Positions 1 through 10,332 of a DNA stretch of 64,000 bases are shown here, piece after piece. The notes under the pieces are model-generated. The model saw only the letters and a program-made list of their open reading frames with translations. It was not told the origin of the DNA and did not search any database. Within the stretch, counting starts at the first letter, position 1, and every line of letters starts with the position of its first letter. Position numbers and translations under genes: made by a program. The stretch is taken from the NCBI GenBank assembly GCA_963768905.1, contig CAVYJQ010000009.1:92565-156564 (forward strand), read 5' to 3'. The stretch comes from an uncultured Actinomycetota bacterium (lineage in GTDB: Bacteria; Actinomycetota; Actinomycetes; Propionibacteriales; Nocardioidaceae).

Positions 1-1079
1 CCGTTGATGCTGTCGATGCGGACCATCGGGTTGAACTTGGCCTTGCTCTCGCCCTCTCGGGGCTGGCGCACCTGGCCGACGACGGCATCTCCGCGACGAA
101 GGCCGTACTTGCGGACCATCGACAGCGAGACGTACACGTCGTCCGAGCCGGGCAGGTACCCGCTGGTGCGGACGAAGGCGTAGTTGTCGAGCACGTCGAG
201 GATGCCGGCAGCGGGCACCAGCACGTCGTCCTCGAGGACGGTCGTGTCGGGCTCGTTGCGTCCTCCGCGGCTGCCACCGCGGTCGCCGCGGTCACCCCGG
301 TTGTCACGAGTGTCGCGGCCGTCGCGGTCGCGTCCCCGGCGCCGGCGGTTGCGCCGACTGCCTTCCTCGTTGCGGTCGCCGCCCTGGTTGCGGTCGCCAC
401 CCTGGTTGCGGTCCTGGTCGCGGTCGCCGCCCTGGTTCCGGTCACCGCCCTGGTTGCGGTCGCGCCCCTGGTCACGGTCACCACCCTGGTTCCGGTCGCG
501 GTCCTGGTTCTTGTCGCGCCCCTGGTTGCGGTCGCCGCCCTGGCCCCGCTCCTGGTTCCGGTCCTGGTCGCGGTCGCCACCCTGGTTCCGGTCGCGGTCC
601 TGGTTCTTCTCGCGCCCCTGGTTGCGGTCGCGGTCCTGGTCACCGCCCTGGTTGCGGTCGCGACCCTGACTGCGGTCACGGCCCTGGTTCCGGTCCTGGT
701 TGCGCTCGCCACCCTGGTCGCGGTCGCCGCGGCTGCCGGCATCGTCGCCGCCACGCGCACGCTCTGCGTCGCCACGGGGCTCCTTGGCTTCGGTGGGCTC
801 AGCCGCATCGCGTGCGGGGCCCTTGGCGCGGCCACGACTGGCCGCGCGACCGGAGTCGCCTGACTCGGCTGCCGGCGGGGCGCTCTGGCCACTGGCCTGG
901 CCGCCCGACTGGGCAGCCTTGATCGCCTCGACGAGCTGGCTCTTGCGCATGCCGCCGGCGCCCTTGATGCCCAGGCCACCCGCCATCTGCTTGAGCTCGG
1001 GCAGGAGCATCCCGCTGAGCCCAGCGGCGCGCTTCTTCGTCGGCGCAGCGTCGGGGGTGGTTTCGGTCGTTTCCGTCAC
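1..1079 (-). CDS. rho: Transcription termination factor Rho, N-terminal part (runs off window start)
   Basis: Manual translation from GTG at 1079 (GGAAGGA RBS upstream) gives the N-terminal helix (LSGMLLPELKQMAGGLGIKG..MRKSQLVEAI), a long insertion and the RNA-binding domain (GILDVLDNYAFVRTSGYLPGSDDVYVS..GLRRGD). Lies downstream of thrB as in other actinobacteria. Confidence 0.95.
   Translation of the reverse strand, partial: MTETTETTPDAAPTKKRAAGLSGMLLPELKQMAGGLGIKGAGGMRKSQLVEAIKAAQSGGQASGQSAPPAAESGDSGRAASRGRAKGPARDAAEPTEAKEPRGDAERARGGDDAGSRGDRDQGGERNQDRNQGRDRSQGRDRNQGGDQDRDRNQGREKNQDRDRNQGGDRDQDRNQERGQGGDRNQGRDKNQDRDRNQGGDRDQGRDRNQGGDRNQGGDRDQDRNQGGDRNQGGDRNEEGSRRNRRRRGRDRDGRDTRDNRGDRGDRGGSRGGRNEPDTTVLEDDVLVPAAGILDVLDNYAFVRTSGYLPGSDDVYVSLSMVRKYGLRRGDAVVGQVRQPREGESKAKFNPMVRIDSIN
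367..725 (-). repeat. Imperfect 12-18 nt tandem repeats encoding (DRNQGG/DRNQD)n inside rho
   Basis: Repeated ttgcggtcgccgccctgg / ttccggtcgcggtcctgg units on the + strand. Confidence 0.9.
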
Positions 1080-1366
1080 GTGAGGTCCTTCCCACGTCCC
1101 AGGCCCCTCCGGAGATCTCCGGCGGCCATGTCTTGGTGGTCATCCCGTTCGCGGTCCCAGACCGGACGGCGCGAGTACAGATGTCGCGGCGTCTCGGAAC
1201 GATGAGTGCGAGGAGGTGTGTGCGCCGTGTGTTGATCGAGTGGGTGCGGATCAGAAGTGAGAACGGATCAAACCGCTCGATCACCTGCGCACTTGCAGCC
1301 TAACACCATCTTGCACTCCGGAAGGGCGGAGGTCACAAACACCGGCGGGTCGACGAACACGCCTGC

Positions 1367-2285
1367 TTACCCGTGTGCCACCCGGGCTCCGGACCGCTCG
1401 ACCGTCAAGCTGAGGCTCCGCCACCCGGCGGGGCACTGCTCGGCCACGGACTCCTGGGCCGACGGGTCGATGAACACCAGCACGGTGGGTCCGGCACCCG
1501 AGACGACCGCGGGCAGTCCGGAGGCGCGCAGCTTGCGCATCAGCTCCAGGGACTCGGGCATCGCCGGCTCGCGGAAGTCCTGGTGCAACCGGTCCTCGGT
1601 GGCCGTCAGCAGCAGCTCGGGACGACCGCTCAGGGCCGCGACCAGCAGCGCGGCTCGACCCGCGTTGGCCGCCGCGTCGTGATGCGGGACGGAGTCCGGG
1701 ATCAGCCCCCGGGCCACCTTGGTCTCGACCGGCACGGGCGGGATGAACACCACGGCCGCGATCCGCGGGTCGACCGCGACGGAGGTGGCGTGGAAGCGGC
1801 CGTCGGCCGCGTAGGCGACGGTGAAGCCGCCGAGGAACGCCGGGGCCACGTTGTCGGGGTGGCCCTCGAGGTCGGCCGCCAGCGCCAGGACGGCGTCGTC
1901 GTCCATCAGCAGCTGAGCCGCCGGCGACCAGCCCGCGCGCCGCGCACACGCCGGCGACGATGGCGGCCGACGACGATCCGAGACCGCGGCCGTGCGGGAT
2001 GACGTTGTCGCAGTGCAGCCGCAGAGGCGGCGCCGGGCACCCCATCGCCTCGAACGCAGCGGCCATCGCGCGGTAGACGAGGTGGCTGGCATCGAGAGGA
2101 ACGACGCCCTCACCCTCACCGGAGACGGTGATCTCGAGAGCCGACGCATCTGGCACGTCGAGAACCTCGGCGATGACCCGGTCGTGCAGGTCGAGTGCCA
2201 GACCGAAGGCGTCGTACCCGGGACCCAGGTTGGCGCTGGTCGCCGGGACCAGGACGGTGACCGGACCCTCGACGAAGTTGGGCAT
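1367..2285 (-). CDS. thrB: Homoserine kinase (one apparent +1 frameshift near 1915)
   Basis: VPATSANLGPGYD and IPHGRGLGSSSAA are in ORF 1281..2285. EGHPDNVAPA and SGAGPTVL are in ORF 1367..2149. Confidence 0.92.
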
Positions 2286-3349
2286 CAGCGGAGCCCCGCG
2301 GCCTCGGCTGCGGCGTCCACGTCGGCCTCGACCACGGTGTCGACGAGGTCGGTGAACGTGGAGAGCGCGGTGTCGATGTCCTTGAGCCCGTGCCCGGTCA
2401 CGGTCACGACGATCTGCTTGCCCTCGTACGACGCTCCGCCGGCCAGGTCCTGGAGGATGCCCGCGACCCCGGCGGCCGACGCAGGCTCGACGAAGACGCC
2501 GTCGTTCTTCGCGAGCTGGCGCTGCGCGGAGAGGATCTCGTCGTCGGTGACTGCCCGGAAGAAGCCGCCCGACTCGTCACGCGCCGCGACTGCGAGGTCC
2601 CACGACGCGGGGTGGCCGATCCGGATCGCGGACGCGACCGTCTCGGGTGCCGTCACCGGGGAGCCCGACACCAGCGGTGCCGCGCCGGCGGCCTGCCAGC
2701 CGAGCATCCTCGGCGTGCGGGTGCTCTCGCCGTCCTTGGCGGACTCCACGTAGCCCTTCCAGTACGCCGACACGTTGCCGGCGTTCCCCACCGGGAGCAC
2801 GTGCAGGTCGGGGGCGTCGCCGAGGAAGTCCACGATCTCGAAGGAGGCGGTCTTCTGTCCTTCGAGGCGCATCGGGTTCACCGAGTTCACCAGCGCGACC
2901 GGGTAACGCTCCGCGAGGCCGCGCGACATCCGGAGGCAGTCGTCGAAGTTGCCGCGCACCATGATCACCTGGGCGCCGTGCACGATGGCCTGGGCGAGCT
3001 TGCCGGCGGCGATCTTGCCCTGCGGGACCAGCACCAGCGGCTTGATCCCAGCCTTGGCTGCGTACGCCGACATGGCGGCCGACGTATTGCCGGTCGACGC
3101 ACAGACGACGGCCTCGGCACCCTGTCCGACCGCGACGGAGAGCGCGACGGTCATGCCGCGGTCCTTGAACGAGCCGGTCGGGTTGTCGCCCTCGACCTTG
3201 AGCCACACCTCAGCGCCGGTCAGCCCGGACAGCCACGCGCTGTCCACCATCGGAGTGCCGCCTTCACGGAGCGTGATGGTCGGAGTGTTCTCCGGGATGT
3301 CGAGGCGGTCGCGGTACTCCTCGATCACGCCGCGCCACTGGTGGCTCAC
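2285..3349 (-). CDS. thrC: Threonine synthase
   Basis: [13 protein letters not shown]-lysine motif, ASTGNTS, PVGNAGN, TGHGLKD. Confidence 0.97.
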   Translation of the reverse strand: MSHQWRGVIEEYRDRLDIPENTPTITLREGGTPMVDSAWLSGLTGAEVWLKVEGDNPTGSFKDRGMTVALSVAVGQGAEAVVCASTGNTSAAMSAYAAKAGIKPLVLVPQGKIAAGKLAQAIVHGAQVIMVRGNFDDCLRMSRGLAERYPVALVNSVNPMRLEGQKTASFEIVDFLGDAPDLHVLPVGNAGNVSAYWKGYVESAKDGESTRTPRMLGWQAAGAAPLVSGSPVTAPETVASAIRIGHPASWDLAVAARDESGGFFRAVTDDEILSAQRQLAKNDGVFVEPASAAGVAGILQDLAGGASYEGKQIVVTVTGHGLKDIDTALSTFTDLVDTVVEADVDAAAEAAGLR

Positions 3350-4638
3350 GCCTGCTCCCCCTCGACGCGCATCACCGACGACACGTCGTGCACGTAGTCC
3401 TTCGTACGGAGCGTGGCCACCGTCGCCGACAGCGCCTCGTCGGACGCACGGTGCGAGACGACGACGAGCTGCGCGTCATCGCCGTGGCCCTCCTGACGCA
3501 CGGTCTGGATCGAGACGCCGTGCTCGGCGAACGTCATCGCGACGGACGCCAGCACACCCGCGCGGTCGTCGACGTCGATCGCCACGTGGTAGCGGGTCTG
3601 CGTCTCCCCCATCGGCAGTACGTCGAGGTCGGCGTACGCCGACTCGCCCGCACCCCGCACCTCGTTGATCCGGTTGCGGGCCACGGTCACGAGGTCACCG
3701 AGGACGGCGCTCGCCGTCGGGGCGCCACCGGCACCGGGACCGTAGAACATCAGCTGCCCGGCCGCGTCGCTCTCGACGAAGACCGCGTTGTAGGCGCCGC
3801 GGACGCTTGCCAGCGGGTGCGACCTCGGGATCATCGCCGGGTGCACGCGGGCCGACACGGCCTGGCCGTCCTTGAGCTCGCAGATGGCCAGCAGCTTCAC
3901 GACGCTGTCCATCTCGCGCGCCGAGGCGACGTCGGCGGCGGAGACCTCGGAGATCCCCTCGCGATAGACGTCCGCCGCGGTGACGCGGGTGTGGAAGGCC
4001 AGGCTCGCCAGGATCGCGGCCTTGGCGGCCGCGTCGTACCCCTCGACGTCGGCGGTCGGGTCGGCCTCGGCGTACCCCAGCTCCTGGGCCTCCTCGAGGG
4101 CCTCGGCGAAGCCGGCGCCCGAGGTGTCCATCTTGTCGAGGATGAAGTTGGTGGTGCCGTTGACGATGCCCATCACCCGGCGCACCTTGTCGCCCGCGAG
4201 CGACTCGCGCAGCGGCCGCAGGATCGGGATCGCGCCCGCGACGGCGGCCTCGAAGTAGAGGTCGCGCTCGGCCTTCTCGGCGGCGGCGAAGAGCGTGCTG
4301 CCGTCCTCGGCCAGCAGCGCCTTGTTGGCGGTGACCACCGAGGCGCCGTTCTCCAGCGCCGCCAGGATCAGCCCGCGAGCCGGCTCGATGCCGCCGATGA
4401 CCTCGACCACGAGATCGATGTCGCCGCGGCTCACCAAGCCGGTGGCATCGGTGGTCAGCAGCTCGGCCGGCACCTCGGCGTCGCGCTGCAGCTCGGGACG
4501 TCGTACGGCGACCCCGACCAGCTCGATCGGGGCACCGACCCGCGCCGTCAGGTCGTCCGCCTGCTCGCGCAGGAGGCGCACCACCTGGCTGCCCACCGAG
4601 CCGCAGCCGAGCAGCGCGAGCTTCAGAGGCCGTGTCAT
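3346..4638 (-). CDS. hom: Homoserine dehydrogenase with ACT domain
   Basis: [45 protein letters not shown]. Confidence 0.97.
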   Translation of the reverse strand: MTRPLKLALLGCGSVGSQVVRLLREQADDLTARVGAPIELVGVAVRRPELQRDAEVPAELLTTDATGLVSRGDIDLVVEVIGGIEPARGLILAALENGASVVTANKALLAEDGSTLFAAAEKAERDLYFEAAVAGAIPILRPLRESLAGDKVRRVMGIVNGTTNFILDKMDTSGAGFAEALEEAQELGYAEADPTADVEGYDAAAKAAILASLAFHTRVTAADVYREGISEVSAADVASAREMDSVVKLLAICELKDGQAVSARVHPAMIPRSHPLASVRGAYNAVFVESDAAGQLMFYGPGAGGAPTASAVLGDLVTVARNRINEVRGAGESAYADLDVLPMGETQTRYHVAIDVDDRAGVLASVAMTFAEHGVSIQTVRQEGHGDDAQLVVVSHRASDEALSATVATLRTKDYVHDVSSVMRVEGEQA

Positions 4639-4759
4639 CAGCCGGTCACCGCTTCCGTGTTCACGTCGTTGTTCCGGTCACCCATCTTGGGCCATCGACC
4701 GGCGGTTCGCTGCGCGACCGCTCCGATCCCGATGCCTGAGACGCCGTACCCGTCGACAG

Positions 4760-6157
4760 TCATACCCCGACATCCGTGGCGAAGAGGTCGTCCTCGGTCT
4801 CGCGGCGCACCACCACGGTGGCCCGCCCGTCGGCCACCGCGATGACCGGCGGTCGCAGGGCGTGGTTGTAGTTGCTGGCCATCGACCGGCAGTAGGCGCC
4901 GGTGCCGGGAACCGCCAGCAGATCGCCTGCCGCGATGTCGCCGGGCACGAACTCGTCCTTCACCACGATGTCACCGGCCTCGCAGTGCTTGCCGACGACC
5001 CGGGCCAGCACGGCCGGGGTCTCGGAGTGCCGCGACGCCAGCGTGCAGCTGTAGTCGGCGTCGTACAACGCGGTGCGGATGTTGTCGCTCATCCCGCCGT
5101 CGACCGAGACATAGGTGCGCACAGCGCCCGCGTCGAGCTCGACCCGCTTCACGGTGCCGACCTCGTAGACGGTGCAGACGGCCGGGCCGACGATCGCGCG
5201 ACCCGGCTCGATCGACAGCCTCGGTACGGCGACGCCGAACGCGCGGCACTCGTGCTCGACGATCTTGGTCAGCTCGGTGGCCAGCTGCATCGGGTCGGAC
5301 GGGTCGTCCTGCGTCGTGTAGGCGATGCCGAAGCCGCCGCCGAGGTCCATCTCGGGCATCTCGACGCCGAGCTCGGACGACACCCGGGCGTGCAGGGCGA
5401 GCACGCGTCGGGCAGCCACCTCGAACCCCGAGGTGTCGAAGATCTGCGACCCGATGTGGGAGTGCAGTCCGAGGAGCTCGAGCCCGGGAGCCTCCTGCAC
5501 CCGGCGCACCGCCTCGAACGCGTCGCCGGCCGTGATCGAGAAGCCGAACTTCTGGTCCTCGTGAGCGGTGGCGATGTACTCGTGGGTGTGCGCTTCGACC
5601 CCGGCGGTGACCCTGATCATCACGGCTGCCGTGCGTCCGAGCTCGTCGGCGACAGTGCCGAGGCGGTCGATCTCCGTGAACGAGTCGACGACGATCCGAC
5701 CGACGCCGGCCTCGACCGCGCGCCTCAGCTCGGCGACCGTCTTGTTGTTGCCGTGGTAGCCGATCCGAGCCGGGTCGAAGCCCGCCCGCAGCGCGACCCC
5801 GAGCTCCCCGGCCGAGCAGACGTCGAGGGAGAGCCCCTCCTCAGCGACCCAGCGGGCCACCGTCGTGCACAGGAACGCCTTGCCCGCGTAGTAGACGTCG
5901 TACGCCGCGAAGGCCTCGCGGAACGCGCGGGCGCGATCCCGGAAGTCGCGCTCGTCCAGGACGTACGCCGGTGAGCCGTGCTCGGCCACCAGCTCGCGAA
6001 GGTCGACCCCGCCGACCTCGAGGGCGCCGTCCTCGTTCTTTCGGGCTGTCGTGGACCAGAGCAGCGGCACCAAGGCGTTGGCGTCAGCGGGCTCCCTCAG
6101 CCAGGACGGACCGCGGCCCGTCTCGGCGTGGGCCCACCCGGCCTCGTGTGCGCGCAT
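4760..6157 (-). CDS. lysA: Diaminopimelate decarboxylase
   Basis: [44 protein letters not shown]. Confidence 0.97.
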   Translation of the reverse strand: MRAHEAGWAHAETGRGPSWLREPADANALVPLLWSTTARKNEDGALEVGGVDLRELVAEHGSPAYVLDERDFRDRARAFREAFAAYDVYYAGKAFLCTTVARWVAEEGLSLDVCSAGELGVALRAGFDPARIGYHGNNKTVAELRRAVEAGVGRIVVDSFTEIDRLGTVADELGRTAAVMIRVTAGVEAHTHEYIATAHEDQKFGFSITAGDAFEAVRRVQEAPGLELLGLHSHIGSQIFDTSGFEVAARRVLALHARVSSELGVEMPEMDLGGGFGIAYTTQDDPSDPMQLATELTKIVEHECRAFGVAVPRLSIEPGRAIVGPAVCTVYEVGTVKRVELDAGAVRTYVSVDGGMSDNIRTALYDADYSCTLASRHSETPAVLARVVGKHCEAGDIVVKDEFVPGDIAAGDLLAVPGTGAYCRSMASNYNHALRPPVIAVADGRATVVVRRETEDDLFATDVGV

Positions 6158-6158
6158 G

Positions 6159-7908
6159 TCACATCCGCTCGGGTGCGGACACCCCGAGCATGGTCAGGCC
6201 GTTGCGCGAACACGGTCTTGGTCGCCTGCACCAGCAGCAGGCGCGCCCGGTGCAGGTCGGACGGCTCCTCGTCGCCCTGCGGCAGGACGCGGCAGGAGTC
6301 GTAGAACTTGTGGAACGACGAGGCGGTGTCCTCGAGGTAGCGGGCGACCCGGTGCGGCTCGCGCAGCTGTGCCGCCGTGGCCACGACCCGCGGGAACTCA
6401 GCGAGCGCGCGAAGCAGCGTCGCCCTCCTTCTCGTGCGCCAGCAGCGCCGGGTCGAACATTCCGTCCGCGCTGGTCGAGCCTTCCCCGCCGGTCGAGCTG
6501 TCCCCGCTGGTCGAGCTGTCCCCGCTGGTCGAGCTTGTCGAGACCACCGCCGGCGCCACGCCCAGATCCGCGGCGTTCCGCAGGATCGAGGCCAGCCGAG
6601 CGTGGGCGTACTGCACGTAGAAGACCGGGTTGTCGCTGGTCTGCCGGGTGATCTCCTCGACGTCGAGGGTCAGCGGCGAGTCGGACGGGTAGCGAGCCAG
6701 CGTGTAGCGCAGCGCGTCGACGCCGATCATCTCCATCAGCTCCTGGAGCGTGACGATCGTGCCGGCCCGCTTGCTGAGGCGTACCTCTTCACCGCCGCGC
6801 ATGATCTTCACCAGCTGCCCGATGAGCACCTCGATGTTGCGCTCGGGGTCGTCACCGGCGCAGGCGGCCATCGCCTTGAGGCGGCCGACGTACCCGTGGT
6901 GGTCCGCCCCGAGCAGGTAGATGCAGGTGTCGAAGCCACGCTCCCGCTTGTTGACGTAGTACGCGGTGTCGGAGGCGAAGTAGGTCAGCTCGCCGTTGGA
7001 CCGGAGGAGAACTCGATCCTTGTCGTCGCCAAAGTCGGTGGTCCGCATCCACAGCGCACCGTCGGAGTCGAAGAGGTGGCCCTGGCCGCGGAGCTTGTCG
7101 ATGCCGTGCTCGACCGCGTCGCCCTCGTGCAGTGAGCGCTCGGAGAACCACACGTCGAAGTGGGTGCGGAACGCCTCGAGCTGGAGCTTCTGGTCAGCGA
7201 GCTGGACCCGATAGCCAGCCTCGCGGAACGCTGTCGTCCGCTCGGACGCGGGCAGGTCCAGGATGTCGGGCTGCTCAGCGACGATCTGCTTGGCGAGCTC
7301 GTTGATGTACTCGCCGTGGTAGCCGTCCTCGGGCACCGGCACGACCCAGGGCGGCGGCCTCGATCGATGCGCCGAACTTCTCCATCTGGTTTCCGCGGTC
7401 GTTGATGTAGAACTCGCGCTTCACCTCGGCGCCAGCGGCCTCGATGCACCCGGGCGAGGGCGTCCCCCACGACTGCCCAGCGCGTGTGGCCGAGGTGCAG
7501 CGGGCCGGTGGGGTTGGCCGAGATGAACTCGACGTTGAACCGACGCCCCGCAAGGGTCTCGGTGGTGCCGTAGGCCGCTCCGGCCGCCACGACATCGGCG
7601 GCGACGGCCCCCTGGGCGCCCGCCTCGACCCGGATGTTGAGGAACCCGGGGCCGGCGATCTCGGCCGACGCGATCCCGTCGGCGGAACTGAGCCGCTCGG
7701 CCAGCAGGGTGGCGAAGTCGCGCGGCTTCATCCCGGCCTTCTTGCCGAGCTGGAGGGCGACGTTGGTCGCGTAGTCGCCGTGCTCCTTGCTCTTCGGTCG
7801 CTCGATGACCACGGTGGCGGGGACGCCGTCGGGCAGCGTCAGCGCTCCCTCGTTCACGAGGGAGGTGAGGACGTCGACGATGCTGGCCGAGAGCTGTTCA
7901 GGAGTCAC
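6159..7908 (-). CDS. argS: Arginine--tRNA ligase (four apparent +1 frameshifts near 7447, 7344, 6418, 6204; contains an in-frame repeat insertion)
   Basis: [54 protein letters not shown] and a C-terminal APERM* are spread across frames. Upstream of lysA. Confidence 0.93.
6469..6549 (-). repeat. Palindromic element plus three 18-bp tandem copies of its 3' half, in-frame within argS
   Basis: cgctggtcgagc(t/c)(g/t)tccc x3 followed by cgctggtcgagcttgtcgagaccac. 6520-6549 is the exact reverse complement of 32011-32040. Confidence 0.9.
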
Positions 7909-8007
7909 CGAGCCAGGGTATCGGCGTGCCGCACCATCGCTCACATCGATATCAGCATCGGGGCAACAGCCAGAGACGCTCGGCGTCCAGCACCCGGGAG
8001 GCCTGGC

Positions 8008-8415
8008 TCAGCTGACCCGGCCCTCGTTCGCCAGCCTGCTCACCAGCGCCACCAGTTCGGCCGGCTCGAAGGGCTTGGTGAGGTACCCGTCGGCGCCTAC
8101 CGCCTCGGCCCTCGCCAGGTCGGCGGCGGATGCCCGGCCCGTCACGATCACCAGCGGGATCTCGGCCGTGTCGGGATCGGCCCGTAGCCGCTCCGCCGTC
8201 TCGAACCCGCCCAACCGGGGCATCACGACATCGAGCGTGATCACGTCGGGCCGTCGCTCAGCGACCAGCGCGAGCGCCGCCTCGCCATCGGCGCACGTCA
8301 TGACCTCGAGACCCTCGAGCTCGAGGTTGACGGCAATCAGGTCGCGGATCACCTCGGAGTCGTCCACGACGAGGACCCGAGCGGCCCTCCCGCCACTTCC
8401 GGCGAGCCCTGTCAT
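8008..8415 (-). CDS. Single-domain response regulator (receiver only)
   Basis: VLVVDD, PDVITLDVVMP, VIVTG, YLTKPF. Confidence 0.92.
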   Translation of the reverse strand: MTGLAGSGGRAARVLVVDDSEVIRDLIAVNLELEGLEVMTCADGEAALALVAERRPDVITLDVVMPRLGGFETAERLRADPDTAEIPLVIVTGRASAADLARAEAVGADGYLTKPFEPAELVALVSRLANEGRVS

Positions 8416-8468
8416 GTGGCCCCTCATCGATCTCGTCCAACGTCATGTACGCTTTCGGCGCAGCCCGA

Positions 8469-8543
8469 GCCCCCGTAGCTCAGGGGATAGAGCACCGCCC
8501 TCCGGAGGCGGGAGCGTAGGTTCGAATCCTACCGGGGGCGCCA
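8469..8543 (+). tRNA. tRNA-Arg(CCG)
   Basis: GCCCCCG/CGGGGGC acceptor stem, TAGCTCAG D-arm, ccgcc-CT-CCG-GA-ggcgg anticodon arm, GGTTCGAATCC T-loop, encoded CCA. Confidence 0.97.
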
Positions 8544-8589
8544 CCTTTCGAAGCCCGAGATGTCGGGCCCCGGCGTGTCATCGCGCAGC

Positions 8590-9513
8590 TCAGCAGCCCC
8601 GGTCGAGGGTCGCGTCCCGGCGTACGTCGCTGGCGATCCGGCGTGCCTGGCCGACGTTGGGGAACACCACCGACGCGGCCCCCGCGTAGCCGATGCCGCC
8701 GCTGATCACGCAGCCGCGCATCTTGGTCGGCTTGACCAGCGTGGCCGCCTGGGCGAGGCGGTAGAGCTCGGACGGCCGTACGCCGGTGTTCATGTGGCGG
8801 GCCACCGCCCACACGCCGCGCTCCATGAAGCCGGGCCGCTCCTGCCGCTGCCGCACCTGCTGCAGGATCCCGCGCAGCATGTCCTGCTGGTTGGCCGAGC
8901 GGTCGAAGTCCCCGCGAGGGAAGGGCTTGCGGAGCCGGGTGAAGATCAGCGCCTGGAAGCCGTTGAGCTTGTTGTTGCCGCGCTTGTACCCCTGCGGCCG
9001 CACCGGGTCGGAGAAGGTGAAGTCGGACTTCACGGTCACTCCGCCGACCGTGTTGATCATCTGGCGGAAGCCCCAGAAGTCGGTGGTGAACACGTAGTCG
9101 GGACGGATCCCGACGAGGCCGGTCACCGCCTTGGCCATCAGCTGGGGGCCGCCGAAGTACATCGCCGCGTTGATCTTGTCGCGGCCGCGACCGGGGACCG
9201 ACACGTAGGAGTCCCGCGGGATGCCGATCATCGTCGACGCCCCGGTCTTGAGGTTGACGCCGACGAGCTGGATCGCGTCGGCGCGGGCCCGGGTCATGCC
9301 CTGGCCGGGGCGCGCGTCAGAGCCGAGCATGAGGATCCACAGGACGGAGCGCGGATGGTCGACCGCCTTGACTCCCTCGACCTTCACCAGCGACATCGGC
9401 GCGTCGCGGACGGTCGCGGGCGGCATCAGTACGGCGGCGAGCGCGAGGACGACCCCGAGAGCGACCAACCGCCGAACGGCACGCAGTCGGCCGGGGCGCG
9501 GTGCGAGGCGCAT
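8590..9513 (-). CDS. LCP (LytR-CpsA-Psr) family cell-wall glycopolymer ligase
   Basis: N-terminal TM segment, LGSDAR, RADAI, IPRDSYV, KINAA, GDFDRSANQQ. Start overlaps the upstream stop (TGATG). Confidence 0.9.
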   Translation of the reverse strand: MRLAPRPGRLRAVRRLVALGVVLALAAVLMPPATVRDAPMSLVKVEGVKAVDHPRSVLWILMLGSDARPGQGMTRARADAIQLVGVNLKTGASTMIGIPRDSYVSVPGRGRDKINAAMYFGGPQLMAKAVTGLVGIRPDYVFTTDFWGFRQMINTVGGVTVKSDFTFSDPVRPQGYKRGNNKLNGFQALIFTRLRKPFPRGDFDRSANQQDMLRGILQQVRQRQERPGFMERGVWAVARHMNTGVRPSELYRLAQAATLVKPTKMRGCVISGGIGYAGAASVVFPNVGQARRIASDVRRDATLDRGC

Positions 9514-10166
9514 CAGGACTCCTCCTCGATCGGGGACGCGGACCTGGTCAGGTCGTAGCCGAAGATCTGCCACCCACCCGACTTCTTCCGCGTGAGCATG
9601 AGCCGACCCTTGACGGTGACCGACATGTCAGGCTCGTCGGCACGGTCCACGAGGTAGCGCAGGTCCACGCGCGCCGTGACGCCGGCCGCCACCTTGTGCG
9701 GAGCAAGGACGGAGAGGTACGCCGACTGACGGCGCGGAGTCACCGAGACCGAGGTCGGGCCGAGCTCCTGGTTGGTGAGCAGGTCACGCTGCTTTACTGC
9801 CTTGGACGCTGCTCCACGGGAGAAGGTGCCGAACGAGTCGCGGAACGCCGACCGCGGGTACTCACCACCGAGGAACGCGTCGTCGAAGTACGCCGAGATG
9901 ACAGAACCCACCTTGCGCTCGAGCACGTCGCGGTCCTTGGCCTTCATCCGCCCGATCACCCGGGTCACCCGGACCGAGGCGGGCACGGGCTTCGGCTCGA
10001 TCGTTGCGGGAGCACCCTCCGAGGCGGGCGGCGACTCGGCGGCCGGCTCCTCGGGCGCGGGATCGGGCGCCGTGTCCGGCGTACAAGCGCTGGAGACGAC
10101 AAGGGCCGCGGCGCACAGCGCCGCCGCCCAGGCCCTCCGAGAGGGGCGAAAGATCCCGTGCAACAC
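9513..10166 (-). CDS. Hypothetical lipoprotein
   Basis: Signal peptide with lipobox-like VSSAC, then a Pro/Ala/Glu linker. Translationally coupled to the LCP gene. Confidence 0.7.
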   Translation of the reverse strand: MLHGIFRPSRRAWAAALCAAALVVSSACTPDTAPDPAPEEPAAESPPASEGAPATIEPKPVPASVRVTRVIGRMKAKDRDVLERKVGSVISAYFDDAFLGGEYPRSAFRDSFGTFSRGAASKAVKQRDLLTNQELGPTSVSVTPRRQSAYLSVLAPHKVAAGVTARVDLRYLVDRADEPDMSVTVKGRLMLTRKKSGGWQIFGYDLTRSASPIEEES

Positions 10167-10332
10167 GAGGCTCTTTCCTTCCGTTGTGGGTACGTGAACG
10201 TGAGCCTGGCTACACCGAGCCCTTGAAGCGTGGTCCCGGCTGCGCGTCGTTGGCTCGAAGGTCTAGCCTGGTAGCCGTTCCACCACCCTAGAGATTCCAT
10301 CCCAGGATCCACCGGAAGAGGCGATTCAGGCC

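Noticed and set aside
6469-6549. CRISPR-like look of the repeats in argS (also 367-725 and 14885-14978)
   Set aside because: Units are 12-30 nt with no unique spacers, lie in or at coding sequence, and there are no cas genes.
6159-7908. Programmed frameshifting or pseudogenisation of argS
   Set aside because: Four non-slippery +1 sites matching a window-wide error pattern, in a normally essential gene.
8469-10300. Integrative element at tRNA-Arg
   Set aside because: No integrase, and I saw no duplicated tRNA 3' end in the window.
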